64,000 nucleotides of DNA, taken from NCBI GenBank assembly GCA_963674705.1, contig OY771506.1, forward strand, positions 1,472,001 through 1,536,000. Reading direction: 5' to 3'. The stretch comes from Phycisphaeraceae bacterium. Lineage in GTDB: Bacteria; Planctomycetota; Phycisphaerae; Phycisphaerales; Phycisphaeraceae. Below the pieces are notes generated by a model, which saw nothing but the letters and a program-made list of their open reading frames with translations, was not told where the DNA came from and searched no databases. Shown piece by piece: positions 1-10,592 of the stretch (position 1 is the first letter of the stretch; the number at the start of each line of letters is the position of its first letter). The position numbers and the translations under genes were made by a program.

Positions 1-1
1 T

Positions 2-799
2 GAGGTTGATGAGGTATATAACCTGGCGTGTCCCGCGTCGCCGGTGCATTATCAGTACAACCCGATCAAGACAACGAAGGTCTCGGTCATGGGAGCGATC
101 AACGTGCTTGGTATCGGCAAGCGGTGCAAAGCCAAGGTGTTCCAGGCCTCGACCAGCGAAGTCTACGGCGACCCGGACATCCACCCCCAACCCGAGAGCT
201 ATCGCGGCAACGTGAATCCGATCGGCGTCCGCGCCTGTTACGACGAAGGCAAGCGCGTGGCGGAGACATTGTTCTTCGATTACCACCGATCCAACGGCGT
301 AAACATCCGCGTCGTACGTATTTTCAACACGTATGGGCCGAGGATGCACCCGTATGACGGGCGCGTGGTGTCGAACTTTATCCTCCAGGCGCTGCGTGAT
401 GAGGACATCACGCTGTATGGCGATGGGTCTCAGACACGTTCCTTCTGTTATGTGGATGATCTGGTTGAAGGCTTTATCCGGATGATGAACGGGCCGGACG
501 ATTTTATTGGCCCGGTGAATCTGGGGAACCCGGATGAATTTACGATCAAGGAACTGGCGGAGATCGTGATCGAACTGACTGGCTCGAAGAGCAAGCTTAC
601 GTATATGCCTTTACCCGCAGACGATCCGACGCAGCGTCAGCCTGACATCAGCCTGGCGAAAAAGAAGCTGGATTGGGAGCCGACGATCAAGCTGCGTGAC
701 GGGCTCGCCAAGACGATCGAGTACTTCAGGTCCATCGACCTGAACAGCTTCCGTCAGCCGACGGATCACACGGCACATAAATCGTCGCAGACCGGTTAA
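2..799 (+). CDS. UDP-glucuronic acid decarboxylase (UXS family extended SDR), 5'-truncated by window edge
   Basis: Frame is open from base 2 ([18 protein letters not shown]). Motifs [16 protein letters not shown] and [10 protein letters not shown] are typical of UXS enzymes. Confidence 0.92.
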   Translation, partial: EVDEVYNLACPASPVHYQYNPIKTTKVSVMGAINVLGIGKRCKAKVFQASTSEVYGDPDIHPQPESYRGNVNPIGVRACYDEGKRVAETLFFDYHRSNGVNIRVVRIFNTYGPRMHPYDGRVVSNFILQALRDEDITLYGDGSQTRSFCYVDDLVEGFIRMMNGPDDFIGPVNLGNPDEFTIKELAEIVIELTGSKSKLTYMPLPADDPTQRQPDISLAKKKLDWEPTIKLRDGLAKTIEYFRSIDLNSFRQPTDHTAHKSSQTG

Positions 800-909
800 T
801 TTCCGCATTTTGGTTTGAGTTGGCGACTCTGGTTCGCATGCCGCGTGCCGGAGCGGTTATCATGCCTGTTCTGCACATTCAGGTATTTATATAACAAGGC
901 AGGTAGATA

Positions 910-1725
910 ATGGCTGTGAAAACTGAAATGTTCGATCTGACAGGCAAGGTCGCCTTGATCACCGGTGGCGCGAGCGGGCTTGGTAAACACATCGCTGCTG
1001 CGATGATTCAACACGGCGCGAAGGTGCTGGTAGGTTCGCGTACGCAAGCCAAGGTCGATGAAGCCGCGGAAGAACTCGACGCGATCGGCGATGCGACGGG
1101 CGAAGATGCTGTGGCGGCGGGGATCGCGCTGGATGTGACAAGCGATGCTTCGGTCGAACGTGCGGTGCGTAAAGCGGTTGACCTGTTTGGTGGATTGCAC
1201 ATCGTCGTGAACTCGGCCGGGCATCAGTTGAAGAAGCCGACGTTTGATCTGACGCCCGATGAATTCAACACCATGTTCGATACGCATGTGACCGGCAGTT
1301 TGCGCGTTGCACAGGCGGCGGGACATATCTTCCGTGAACAGCACGAGGGCTGCATCATCAACATCGCGTCGATCAGTAGCTACGTCGACCTGATCGAAGT
1401 TGCTGCTTATGCATCTGCCAAGAACGCGGTGCTTGGTCTGACACGTTCGCTTGCCAACGAGTGGGCGAAGTACGGTATCCGAACCAACGCGATCGCGCCG
1501 GGCTTCTTCCCGACGGACCTGAACCGCAAGATGATCGAAGGCACGGACCGTGGTCGGCGGATCATCGAGCATACACCCTTCGGCCGATTTGGTGACGGGC
1601 CGGAGCTTGCCGGCGCAGCGGTGTATCTGGCCTCTCCAGCCGGGCGATTCGTTAACGGGCATACCATCCTGGTGGATGGCGGTTACCTCGCCTGCGGGAT
1701 CGGGGACAGCAACGCCGATTGGTAA
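910..1725 (+). CDS. Classical SDR oxidoreductase (KduD/gluconate 5-dehydrogenase-like)
   Basis: TGGASGLG Rossmann motif, NSAG, YASAK catalytic motif, NAIAPG; aggt/ag RBS-like sequence upstream. Confidence 0.85.
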   Translation: MAVKTEMFDLTGKVALITGGASGLGKHIAAAMIQHGAKVLVGSRTQAKVDEAAEELDAIGDATGEDAVAAGIALDVTSDASVERAVRKAVDLFGGLHIVVNSAGHQLKKPTFDLTPDEFNTMFDTHVTGSLRVAQAAGHIFREQHEGCIINIASISSYVDLIEVAAYASAKNAVLGLTRSLANEWAKYGIRTNAIAPGFFPTDLNRKMIEGTDRGRRIIEHTPFGRFGDGPELAGAAVYLASPAGRFVNGHTILVDGGYLACGIGDSNADW

Positions 1726-1908
1726 TCATCGGACACGGGTAGTTTTTTGGGGGGTATTTTGAGGCTGTTTTTACATAGCCAACCAAAAAATGCTTGCAGA
1801 CGGGCAAACAATCTCCTAACCTCAGGATTCTATTCTGGGCTCATAGGGTATATGGATATCGGCGCGCGTCGATTCAGGTCTGTGCCCTACTAATGAGGAG
1901 GCGATGAT

Positions 1909-3102
1909 ATGCGTCTAGCGACTTTGGCATTGATCGGCGGGATGGGTGTTCTGGGTTTTGCCGGCGGAGCACGGGCGATCGATATCGTGATCGACTACAC
2001 CTACGACACCAGTAACTTCTTTGGCTCTGGAAACCCGGATGGTGCGGCAGCCGGGCAGATGGCCAAAGATTCGCTTGAAGCCGCGGCAGATTATTTTTCC
2101 GAGATCCTGACGGATTCTTTTGATGCGATCAGCACGCCCAGCCCGTATCAGAGCCAATACTTTAATGGGCAAGTTATCTGGCAGTGGCAGGCAAACTTCT
2201 CGAATCCTTCTACCGGGTCGACGGTAACGCTTACCGACCCGACCATTGCGGAAGATCTGTACATCATTTACGCGGGCGCTCGCAGCATCGGCGGATCGAC
2301 ATTAGGCATCGGCGGGCCCGGCGGGTGGGCCTACAGCAGCAATCCCAGCGGCGGGTTTACGCAGGAAGAAATCAACGAGATCAACGACATCAGCGACGCT
2401 TTTTTCAGCTCGGTTGAAGATCGAGGGGAGGCGACCGGCTTCGCCAACTGGGGCGGGGCGATCACGTTTGATAACGATAGCAGCACGGATTGGTGGTATG
2501 ACCGGTCTGCTTCGCCGACCTACGGGACCAATGACTTCTACTCGGTCGCGGTCCACGAACTGGCACACGCACTTGGATTTGGTGCCAGTGATGATTGGGA
2601 CGATCTTGTCAGCGGCAGCACTTTCTACGGCTCGGTTTCTTTGGCTGAAAATGGCTCGTACCCCTTGCTATCAAGTGACCGCGCTCACTGGGCGGAAGAC
2701 ACGATGAGTACCGTTTTTGGCGGCAGCGATTCCCAGGAAGCGGCGATGGACCCCAATCTAACGCAAGGCGCACGCAAATTTTTTACTGCATTAGATGCCG
2801 CGGGTTTAGAGGATATCGGCTGGACGGTGGTCGAACCGGTTGTTCAGTTGGACGGCGACCTGAACAACGACGGCTTCGTAGGCCTGGACGATCTTGATAT
2901 CGTCCTCGGTGCGTGGAACCAGACTGTTCCGCCGGCGAATAGCGCAGCCGATCCATCAGGGGACGGTTTTGTCGGGCTCGATGACCTTGATATCGTTTTG
3001 AACAACTGGAACGCCGGGACGCCCCCGACAGTTGTTGTCCCCGAGCCTGCGACGATCGGTTTGCTCAGCCTGGCTTTGATGGCCGCGATGCGCCGTCGAT
3101 AA
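1909..3102 (+). CDS. Secreted zinc metalloprotease (HExxH) with dockerin-like module and PEP-CTERM anchor
   Basis: Signal peptide, HELAHALGF, distal AHW and AMDP, twin GDxxxDGFVGLDDLD repeats, VPEP-TM-RRR; gaggag RBS. Confidence 0.85.
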   Translation: MRLATLALIGGMGVLGFAGGARAIDIVIDYTYDTSNFFGSGNPDGAAAGQMAKDSLEAAADYFSEILTDSFDAISTPSPYQSQYFNGQVIWQWQANFSNPSTGSTVTLTDPTIAEDLYIIYAGARSIGGSTLGIGGPGGWAYSSNPSGGFTQEEINEINDISDAFFSSVEDRGEATGFANWGGAITFDNDSSTDWWYDRSASPTYGTNDFYSVAVHELAHALGFGASDDWDDLVSGSTFYGSVSLAENGSYPLLSSDRAHWAEDTMSTVFGGSDSQEAAMDPNLTQGARKFFTALDAAGLEDIGWTVVEPVVQLDGDLNNDGFVGLDDLDIVLGAWNQTVPPANSAADPSGDGFVGLDDLDIVLNNWNAGTPPTVVVPEPATIGLLSLALMAAMRRR

Positions 3103-3392
3103 GTACTCGGTTGTCTGAATATCACAACTTTGCCTATACCATGGGCAGCATAGTCGCGGATCCTGTCCGCGCGATTCCTACAGCCTGAATAATCATCAGA
3201 ATCCGCATGTACACCCGCGACGTCTGGTGCGGTAGGAATCACGCTATTTCGTTTGAAACACAGTAAAAACACTTGTATTTAGGGTCTCACGGGCCTAACT
3301 TCAAGGCATAAACTTAGACACAGACTGCGGCTTGTTCCCACCGAGACGTTTCCCGGCCGGGAAGTGCTGTTCGTAATGGTCGTGATCGAGAG

Positions 3393-4538
3393 ATGAATAT
3401 GAAACGGATTAGAAAAAGCCTGATCAGTATGCTGGTATTACTCGTCGTTGCCGGGCAGGTCTCGGCGATCGATATCGTGTTTGATTACTCGTTGGATACG
3501 AACAGCTTTTTCGATACGCAGGCCAAACGCGATGTCTTGGATGCGGCAGCGTCAGTCTTTGAGATATTTACGGATAACCTTGAAGCGATCGAGCCCGGTA
3601 CGGTCTACAACGCGGGAACACAGAACGAATTTTCAGATACCTGGGAAATGAAGTTCACGCATCCGTCCACGGGCGACAGCTACTCGGTAATAGACCTGAC
3701 GATCCCCGAAGATACGATCGTCGTCTATGTAGGAGCGCGTGACCTGGGAGGTTTGACGCTGGGCGAAGGCGGTCCGGGCGGTTATGACGTAAACGGCATC
3801 CAGTCGTTTGTGGATTCCGTTGAATCGCGTGGGCAGTCAGGCGCCCTATCAGCTTTACCTGATGATTTTGGGCCTTGGGGCGGTGCGATTGCATTCGATA
3901 TTGATAGTGAATGGCACTTCGGGACGGACACTACGCCCGGCTCCTCACAGACCGATTTTTACTCGGTGGCGGTGCATGAACTGGCGCACCTGTTGGGCTT
4001 CGGCACAGCGACGTCATTCGATTTGTTGGTCTCGGTAACGACCTTTATCGGCGCAGAAGCGACCGAAGTGTTTGGATCGAATCCGCCACTTAATTACGAT
4101 CAGGCCCACTGGCAGACCGGGACGACAAGCTTCGTGCCGGACGGCGGGCCGCAAGAGACATCGATGGACCCGGATATCGCGGACGGAGAGGTGAAGCTGT
4201 TCACGCTGCTGGATTATGCCGCGATGGCCGACATCGGCTGGGAAGTACCGCCTATGTCGGCTGAGGGTATTGAAGGTGATCTGAATTCTGACGGCTACGT
4301 AGGGCTGGACGATCTGGACCTGGTTCTGGGTAATTGGAACCAAAACGTCGCGCCGGGTGACCCGCTGTTGGGCGATCCGAGCGGTGACGGCTTCGTCGGC
4401 CTGGACGATCTGGACCTGATTCTGGGCAACTGGAATCAAGGCACGCCCCCCACCGCTTTGGTACCCGAACCCGGAACGCTCATATTCCTGGGATTAGGCG
4501 GCTGGGCGCTGCTGGTCCGGCGTCAATCGGCTGTGTGA
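3393..4538 (+). CDS. Paralogous secreted zinc metalloprotease with dockerin-like module and PEP-CTERM anchor
   Basis: AIDIVFDY start of mature part, WGGAI, DFYSVAVHELAHLLGF, AHW, SMDP, dockerin repeats, VPEP-TM-RR; colinear with 1909-3102. Confidence 0.85.
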   Translation: MNMKRIRKSLISMLVLLVVAGQVSAIDIVFDYSLDTNSFFDTQAKRDVLDAAASVFEIFTDNLEAIEPGTVYNAGTQNEFSDTWEMKFTHPSTGDSYSVIDLTIPEDTIVVYVGARDLGGLTLGEGGPGGYDVNGIQSFVDSVESRGQSGALSALPDDFGPWGGAIAFDIDSEWHFGTDTTPGSSQTDFYSVAVHELAHLLGFGTATSFDLLVSVTTFIGAEATEVFGSNPPLNYDQAHWQTGTTSFVPDGGPQETSMDPDIADGEVKLFTLLDYAAMADIGWEVPPMSAEGIEGDLNSDGYVGLDDLDLVLGNWNQNVAPGDPLLGDPSGDGFVGLDDLDLILGNWNQGTPPTALVPEPGTLIFLGLGGWALLVRRQSAV

Positions 4539-4547
4539 AAGTGGGAT

Positions 4548-4570
4548 GAGCCCTGTTCATTGGGGCTTTT
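4548..4570 (+). terminator. Probable intrinsic terminator
   Basis: AGCCC...GGGCT stem followed by TTT, 10 nt after the 4538 stop. Confidence 0.5.
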
Positions 4571-4777
4571 CCGGCTTGATCGGCATGCTATAATTCATGC
4601 CGATTAAGCGGTTTGTGCCGACTGTGGGGGGAATACGGGTGTGGGGCCCGGTTACGTTGAGATAATCGCTGGATCGATATGGCCCGACCGGTGGGGTCGG
4701 GTAGGCTTTCAATGTCACCGAGCCGTATCGGTGCGGGAGAACCCCGGAACGACCCGGGAATGCACCCGGAGGAATCC

Positions 4778-5818
4778 ATGTATCGCATCAATCAGTGCCT
4801 TGCCGTCGCTACCGCGGCGACGTTGTGTGTCTTTACCGCCAGCCAGGCCTCGGCCAGCACGATCGTGAAGATGCAGTTCAACCTGTCGCTGTCCTCTGAG
4901 CCGTACGACACGATCTACCTTGAGCTGTTCGACGACACGCCTGTGACCCAGGCGAACTTCCTGAACTACGTCAATGATGGCGATTACGACGGCGTGATCA
5001 TGCACAGACTCGTCGCCGGATTTGTTCTCCAAGGTGGTGGATTTGATCTGGACCTGAACGCGATCGAAAACGATGGCACGATTGTCAACGAATTCAACCG
5101 TTCAAACGTGCGCGGTACCCTGGCGATGGCAAAAGTCGGGAATGATCCAGACAGCGCTACCAACCAGTTCTTCTTTAACCTGGCGGACAATTCCGGAACC
5201 CCTCCACTTGGTCTTGATTATCAGAACGGCGGTTTTACCGTGTTCGCACGGGTGCTGGGCAACGGCATGACGCTGATCGATGCATTGGCGGGATTGCCAA
5301 CGATCAATCTGGGTTCACCATTCGATGAAATCCCGGTTTACCCCGGCACCAGCGGGAATATCCCGCTCTACATGGAGAGTGTGACGGTCACTGAATTGAA
5401 AATCGGCGACACCGACCTGAACGGCAGCGTGGATGGGGCCGATGCGGACTTGCTTGCTTCAACACTCACCGGCGGGACCGATGAACCGCAGTTTGATGTC
5501 GATCAAAACGGCACAATCAATCAAGCCGACCTCGACCTGCTCAATGCCCTGCTGATGGGTGATATCGATGGCGACGGTTTTGTGGGATTGTCTGACCTGG
5601 ACATCGTACTTGGGGCATGGAACCAGACCGTACCCGTTGCCGACGGGGACGGCGATGTGAACAACGATGGTTTTGTCGGCCTGGACGACCTCGACGCGGT
5701 GCTCAACGCCTGGAACGCCGGCACACAGCCCCCCCCGGCCGCAGGCACACCTGAGCCGGCCAGCGCGGCGCTGCTGGGTCTGCTGACGGCGGTCGCCGCC
5801 CTGCGTCGTCGCGGATAA
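4778..5818 (+). CDS. Cyclophilin-type peptidyl-prolyl isomerase with dockerin-like modules and PEP-CTERM anchor
   Basis: NFLNYV, HRLVAGFVLQGG, RGTLAMAK, SATNQFFFN, TVFARV; C-terminal dockerin repeats and TPEP-TM-RRR; ATG 4778 preceded by GGAGG. Confidence 0.88.
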   Translation: MYRINQCLAVATAATLCVFTASQASASTIVKMQFNLSLSSEPYDTIYLELFDDTPVTQANFLNYVNDGDYDGVIMHRLVAGFVLQGGGFDLDLNAIENDGTIVNEFNRSNVRGTLAMAKVGNDPDSATNQFFFNLADNSGTPPLGLDYQNGGFTVFARVLGNGMTLIDALAGLPTINLGSPFDEIPVYPGTSGNIPLYMESVTVTELKIGDTDLNGSVDGADADLLASTLTGGTDEPQFDVDQNGTINQADLDLLNALLMGDIDGDGFVGLSDLDIVLGAWNQTVPVADGDGDVNNDGFVGLDDLDAVLNAWNAGTQPPPAAGTPEPASAALLGLLTAVAALRRRG

Positions 5819-5892
5819 CCGACATCTTGATTCAAACTGAAGATCGGCATGAATCGGCTGCCTAGAATGGGTTTTCCATTCAGGAGCCTGTT

Positions 5893-6177
5893 ATGCCCGA
5901 TCCCCTGAACAACGAGCAGATCCAGAACGCCCTTGAGAAGCTGGCCGGCTGGACGCACGAGGATGATTCACTGGTGCGCGCTTATCAATTTGCCGACTTC
6001 AATGAAGCGCTTGGTTTCATCGTCCGTATCGGCTTGCTGGCGGAGCAGCACGGGCATCATCCCGAGCTTTTCAACGTCTACAACAAGGTCCGTATCGCGC
6101 TGAATACGCACGACGCCAGCGCCAAGGTGACACAGAAAGACATCGAACTCGCCAAGGCGATCCAGGGGTTGGATTAA
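5893..6177 (+). CDS. phhB: Pterin-4-alpha-carbinolamine dehydratase
   Basis: AEQHGHHPEL, THD, T..DIELA motifs; 94 aa; AGGAG RBS. Confidence 0.9.
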   Translation: MPDPLNNEQIQNALEKLAGWTHEDDSLVRAYQFADFNEALGFIVRIGLLAEQHGHHPELFNVYNKVRIALNTHDASAKVTQKDIELAKAIQGLD

Positions 6178-6250
6178 TCCCCGGTAAGTTTGGGGGGTTT
6201 AAGACCCCATGCATTCGCTTTAGCCACCGCCCCACCGTTATACTCCCGCC

Positions 6251-7315
6251 ATGAAACTACTCGAACAACTGGTCCTGACCCCCGGCGTCCCCGGCCGGGA
6301 ACACCGCGTCCGCATGCTGATCGAATCGCAGATCAAAGGACTCTTTGATGAAGTCCGTACCGATGTACTCGGCTCGCTGATCTGTGTGCGTAAACCAAGA
6401 CCCAAGCAGGGCGCGAAAGCAAAGAAAAATCCCGCGAAGATCATGATCGCGGCCCATATGGACCAGATCGGGTTCCTTGTCAGCCACATCGATGACAAGG
6501 GATTCCTTCGCATCAACCCCGTAGGCGGATTCGATCCTCGTAACTTGTTTGCCAGGCTCGTGACGGTTTGTCCGGACATCAAAGATGCGAAGAAAGACAT
6601 ACCCGGCGTCATGAACCCTGGCGGTAAACCCGTACACATCGCGACGCCGGAAGACCGCAAGAAAGTGCCGGAGCTGGACGAAATCACGATCGATCTGGGC
6701 ATGCCTGTTGATGAAGTGAAGAAGAAGGTCAAACTCGGCGACATGGTCGTGCTCAAAGCGCCGATCGAAAAGGTCGGCAACACGTACGTGTCCCAGTGCA
6801 TGGATAACCGCATCGCCTGCTGGATCGCGATCGAAGCGATGAAGAAGCTGGATAAAGCCAAGCACCACGATTGTGAAGTCTATTGCGTCTTCACCGTGCA
6901 GGAAGAGGTCGGCTTGCGCGGGGCCGGCACAGCAGCGTTCGGCATCACGCCCGACATCGGCATCGCCATCGATACCACGCTCTGCTGCGACACGCCCGGT
7001 GTGCCAAGCGAACTGCGCGTCAGTGAACAAGGCAAAGGCGCAGCGCTGAGTATCATGGACAGTGCTTCGATCGCCGACCTGGACTTACTCGAAGAGATGG
7101 AATCGGTCGCGAAGAAGAACAAGATCCCGCATCAGCGTTCGATCCTGCCGCGCGGCGGCACCGACGCCGGCACGATCCAGCGTTCAGCAGCGGGTGTCAG
7201 AACTTTCACGCTTTCGTGTCCGACCCGGTACATCCACACGATCACCGAAATGGTCCACGAAACCGAGATGAATGCCTGCCGCGACCTGTTAGCGGCCTAT
7301 CTGCAGCAAGCGTAA
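6251..7315 (+). CDS. M42 family metallo-aminopeptidase
   Basis: AAHMDQIG, MDNR, TVQEEVGLRGA, GGTDAG, RYIHT motifs. Confidence 0.92.
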   Translation: MKLLEQLVLTPGVPGREHRVRMLIESQIKGLFDEVRTDVLGSLICVRKPRPKQGAKAKKNPAKIMIAAHMDQIGFLVSHIDDKGFLRINPVGGFDPRNLFARLVTVCPDIKDAKKDIPGVMNPGGKPVHIATPEDRKKVPELDEITIDLGMPVDEVKKKVKLGDMVVLKAPIEKVGNTYVSQCMDNRIACWIAIEAMKKLDKAKHHDCEVYCVFTVQEEVGLRGAGTAAFGITPDIGIAIDTTLCCDTPGVPSELRVSEQGKGAALSIMDSASIADLDLLEEMESVAKKNKIPHQRSILPRGGTDAGTIQRSAAGVRTFTLSCPTRYIHTITEMVHETEMNACRDLLAAYLQQA

Positions 7316-7381
7316 GGCCTGTAGGTGACTATTGTTAGGTTTTTATGGTGAAACCGCCCATTTGCCGTATACTGTTGCGGC

Positions 7382-7458
<77 letters not shown>

Positions 7459-7599
7459 TTAACTCATCCGTCCTCATCCGGTGTCATTTCCACCACTTGA
7501 GTTGTATCACGACCGCTATTGATTAGTCAAGGCTTTTCTCTGTTTATCATCTGTCTTCAGCCTATCCGTTACCCAGCCGTTACCGAACTGCAACACAGC

Positions 7600-8103
7600 C
7601 TAATTCACTTCACCATTCGTTTTAATGCCCATATCCATTTTTACATGCTGTTCTAATTCTTCGAGAGCATCTACGACAACTCTAACAATGGGTAGCAGTT
7701 GAAGAATGTTAATGGTCGCTCCGTTGATCTGAATTGTCTGTAATTCAGACAGCGATTCATCTTTCTTTGATTTCGGTTTTCCCAAATGCACACCACCAAG
7801 CACATGGGCACAGTGCCTGATCAGTTCTAATATGCTTACATACTCACCCTGATAATATATTACCTTGAATTGTAGGAATTCAGTTTTGTTCAGCTTGTCA
7901 ATCAGTTCATCCGGTTGTTTTGGGTCTGGGCATATACCCTCTAGCATACAGGCCATCGTGGATGGAGGAATATTTGCTTTCTCCAGACGCCGATTGACAA
8001 CTTCAACGCTATCATTACCAATTGAGAACGCTATTTTTAAACGATGTTTACGATTAACCACATCCACAAGACACTGACCATCAATTAATAGTTGTCGTAG
8101 TAA
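7600..8103 (-). pseudogene. AT-rich hypothetical gene, 5'-truncated by the IS3-family element
   Basis: The ORF runs into the IS inverted repeat and its listed start lies inside the IR. No continuation exists beyond the other IS end. Composition is visibly more AT-rich than the flanks. Confidence 0.7.
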
Positions 8104-8161
8104 AGAGCTGGTCCCCAAATCTTGGACAGCCGGTTGGCCTGAATAAGGTGGGCCAACGGGT

Positions 8162-9048
8162 TTATGCCGCGGCCAGCGGCGGTCCGGTTATAGGTTTTCC
8201 ATCATACGCTTCGTCCGGCGTCCGTCCAGCGAGTGTCGAGTGCGGACGCTCGGTGTTGTAGAACCGCAGCCATTCATTGATCCCGGCGCGAGCTTCGCTG
8301 CCTCTGTCCCACGCGTGCAGGTACACGCATTCATACTTCAGGCTCCGCCACAGACGTTCGATGAACACGTTGTCCATCCATCGGCCTTTGCCGTCCATCG
8401 ATACCTTCGCGCCCGCGTTCTTCACCGCTTCGGTCCATTCCAGGCCGGTGAACTGGCTGCCCTGATCGGTGTTGATGATCTGCGGCGGGCCGTGCTTGCT
8501 CAGCGCTTCTTCCAACGCCTCGACGCAGAATGACGCTTCCATCGTGTTGCTCAATCGCCAGGCCAGCACCTTCCTGCTGTGCCAGTCCATGACCGCAACG
8601 AGGTACAAAAAGCCGCGTCGCATCGGGATGTATGTGATGTCGGCGCACCACACATGACCCGGCTGATCAATCTTCAGATTCCGCAGCAGGTACGGATACA
8701 CCTTGTTTTCAAGGCATTTGACGCTGGTCTTCGGGGCCTGGTAGATCGGCGTCAAACCCATCTGACGCATCAATCGACGCACACGCTTGCGGCCGACGTT
8801 GTAGCCAAGCCGACGCAACCAACGCATCATCTGCCGGCTGCCGTAGAACGGCGTGCACAGGAACTGTCGGTCGATCAGACGCATCAGCTTCAGGTTCAAC
8901 GGGCTCTCGCCTTTGCCTGAAAAGTAAAACGACGATCGGCTGATCGACACCAGCCCACACTGACGCACGATGCTCAGCTCGGGGTGCTTGGGTTCGACCA
9001 TGTCGCAGCGGCGGCCGTGGCTCAAAGCCCCAACCCTTTTTTTAAAAA
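8162..9048 (-). CDS. IS3 transposase OrfB (DDE/rve), expressed via -1 frameshift
   Basis: WCADITY, NTDQGSQF, DNVFIERLWRSLKYE, YNTERPHS; slippery run TTTTTAAAAAAAG on the minus strand at 9036-9048. Confidence 0.9.
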
Positions 9049-9306
9049 GTCCTTCTCGATGGTCAGCTCGCCGATCTTCGCGTGCAGCTCTTTGATCTGC
9101 TCGTCGGATGCCTGCGGGTCCTTGCCGCCGCCACGGGCAAAAAGCTGGGCCGCCTCCTGTGCCAGCAGCTTCTTCCACCCGCCGATCATGTTCGGATGCA
9201 CGTCGTACTTCTTGGCGATCTCCGCCACCGTCAACTCGCCACGCAGCGCCTCCAGCGCCACCTTCGCCTTGAATTCAGCCGTAAATCGTCGTCGCTTGCT
9301 CATCAA
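9022..9306 (-). CDS. IS3 transposase OrfA (HTH)
   Basis: KRRRFTAEFKAKVALEAL...KKYDVHPNMIGGWKK...LHAKIGELTIEKDFL. Confidence 0.9.
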   Translation of the reverse strand: MMSKRRRFTAEFKAKVALEALRGELTVAEIAKKYDVHPNMIGGWKKLLAQEAAQLFARGGGKDPQASDEQIKELHAKIGELTIEKDFLKKGLGL

Positions 9307-9405
9307 GTAAGTCCTTTCAAATCTGCAGACCAGCCCACTTTAACCGGCTGTCCAAGATTTGGGGACCAGCTCTACATGCTTACATCGATGGTTTGAACAC
9401 GACAT

Positions 9406-9442
9406 AAAAAACCCGGCCGAAGCCCTTGGGGGCATGACCGGG
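9406..9442 (-). terminator. Intrinsic terminator of the ABC ATPase gene
   Basis: Minus strand CCCGGTC...GGCCGGG stem followed by T6. Confidence 0.75.
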
Positions 9443-9464
9443 CTGTGAAAGTTAATGGGTGTGA

Positions 9465-10592
9465 TCACACCACCGCGGCTTCCTTGAGCGTCAGGTTCGC
9501 GCCGTAGGTGCCGGGCTCGAAGACGTGGACCTTGTTCATGTCCACGTACATCTTGACCTGTGATTCTTCATTAAGCGGCTCGGCCTTGAGTCGGGCGACG
9601 AGGCGTTGGTCCTGGCTGGTCGTGGCGTAGACGTCCATCGTGCTGCCGAGGGGTTCGACCACGCCGATACTCACATTGACGGTCTGATCATCGCGATTCG
9701 CGCCATCCGTCGGACGAAGGAACAGGCCCTCCGGGCGGATGCCGATGGCGGCTTCCTGGCCGACGCGACCCTGACAGAGTTGGGCCTGGTCATCGTCGAG
9801 TTTGATCCTGATGCCGCCGCCTTCGAAGACCACGCCGCCGTCGGCGCTAACCAGCGAACCTTCAAGGAAGTTCATCGGCGGGGTGCCGACGAAGCTGGCG
9901 ACGAAGCGGTTGACCGGATAGTTGTAGACGTTCAGCGGGGTGTCGCACTGCTGGATCAGGCCATCACTCATCACCACGACGCGGTCGCCGAGTGTCATGG
10001 CTTCTTCCTGATCGTGTGTGACGTAGATCGTCGTAGTCTGCAGGCGATGGTGCAGACGTTTCAGTTCGGCGCGGGTTTCGACACGCAGCTTGGCGTCGAG
10101 GTTGGACAGCGGTTCGTCGAAGAGGAAGCACGCTGGGTCGCGAACGATGGCACGCCCTACCGCGACGCGCTGACGTTGACCGCCGGATAACGCCTTTGGC
10201 TTACGGTCGAGCAGCTTGGTGATGCCGAGGATCTCCGCGGCATGGCGGACCTTCTGGTCAATCTCAGCCTTCGGCACTTTGCGAAGCTTCAAACCGAACG
10301 CCATGTTCTTGTACACGGTCATGTGCGGGTACAAAGCGTAGTTCTGGAAAACCATCGCGATGTCGCGATCCTTGGGCGGGACATCGTTGACGACGCGGTC
10401 ACCGATTCGGATCGTGCCTTCGGAGATTTCTTCCAGGCCGGCGACCATGCGCAGCGTGGTGCTCTTGCCGCAACCGGACGGGCCGACGAGGACGATGAAT
10501 TCCTTGTCCTGAATATGCAGGGTGATGTTGTCGACGGCACGGACGTCGCCGGGATAAATCTTCACCACGTTATCGATCAGGACTTCGGCCAT
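9465..10592 (-). CDS. Sugar ABC transporter ATP-binding protein (MalK/UgpC/MsmX family)
   Basis: [41 protein letters not shown]-terminal TOBE; GAGG RBS before ATG 10592. Confidence 0.93.
   Translation of the reverse strand: MAEVLIDNVVKIYPGDVRAVDNITLHIQDKEFIVLVGPSGCGKSTTLRMVAGLEEISEGTIRIGDRVVNDVPPKDRDIAMVFQNYALYPHMTVYKNMAFGLKLRKVPKAEIDQKVRHAAEILGITKLLDRKPKALSGGQRQRVAVGRAIVRDPACFLFDEPLSNLDAKLRVETRAELKRLHHRLQTTTIYVTHDQEEAMTLGDRVVVMSDGLIQQCDTPLNVYNYPVNRFVASFVGTPPMNFLEGSLVSADGGVVFEGGGIRIKLDDDQAQLCQGRVGQEAAIGIRPEGLFLRPTDGANRDDQTVNVSIGVVEPLGSTMDVYATTSQDQRLVARLKAEPLNEESQVKMYVDMNKVHVFEPGTYGANLTLKEAAVV

Larger units (their letters stand above)
8104..9376 (-). mobile_element. IS3-family insertion sequence
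   Basis: Perfect 32-bp terminal IR AGAGCTGGTCCCCAAATCTTGGACAGCCGGTT (8104-8135 / 9342-9373); the orfA-proximal end extends to 5'-TG at 9376; orfA/orfB in -1 frames. Confidence 0.93.
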
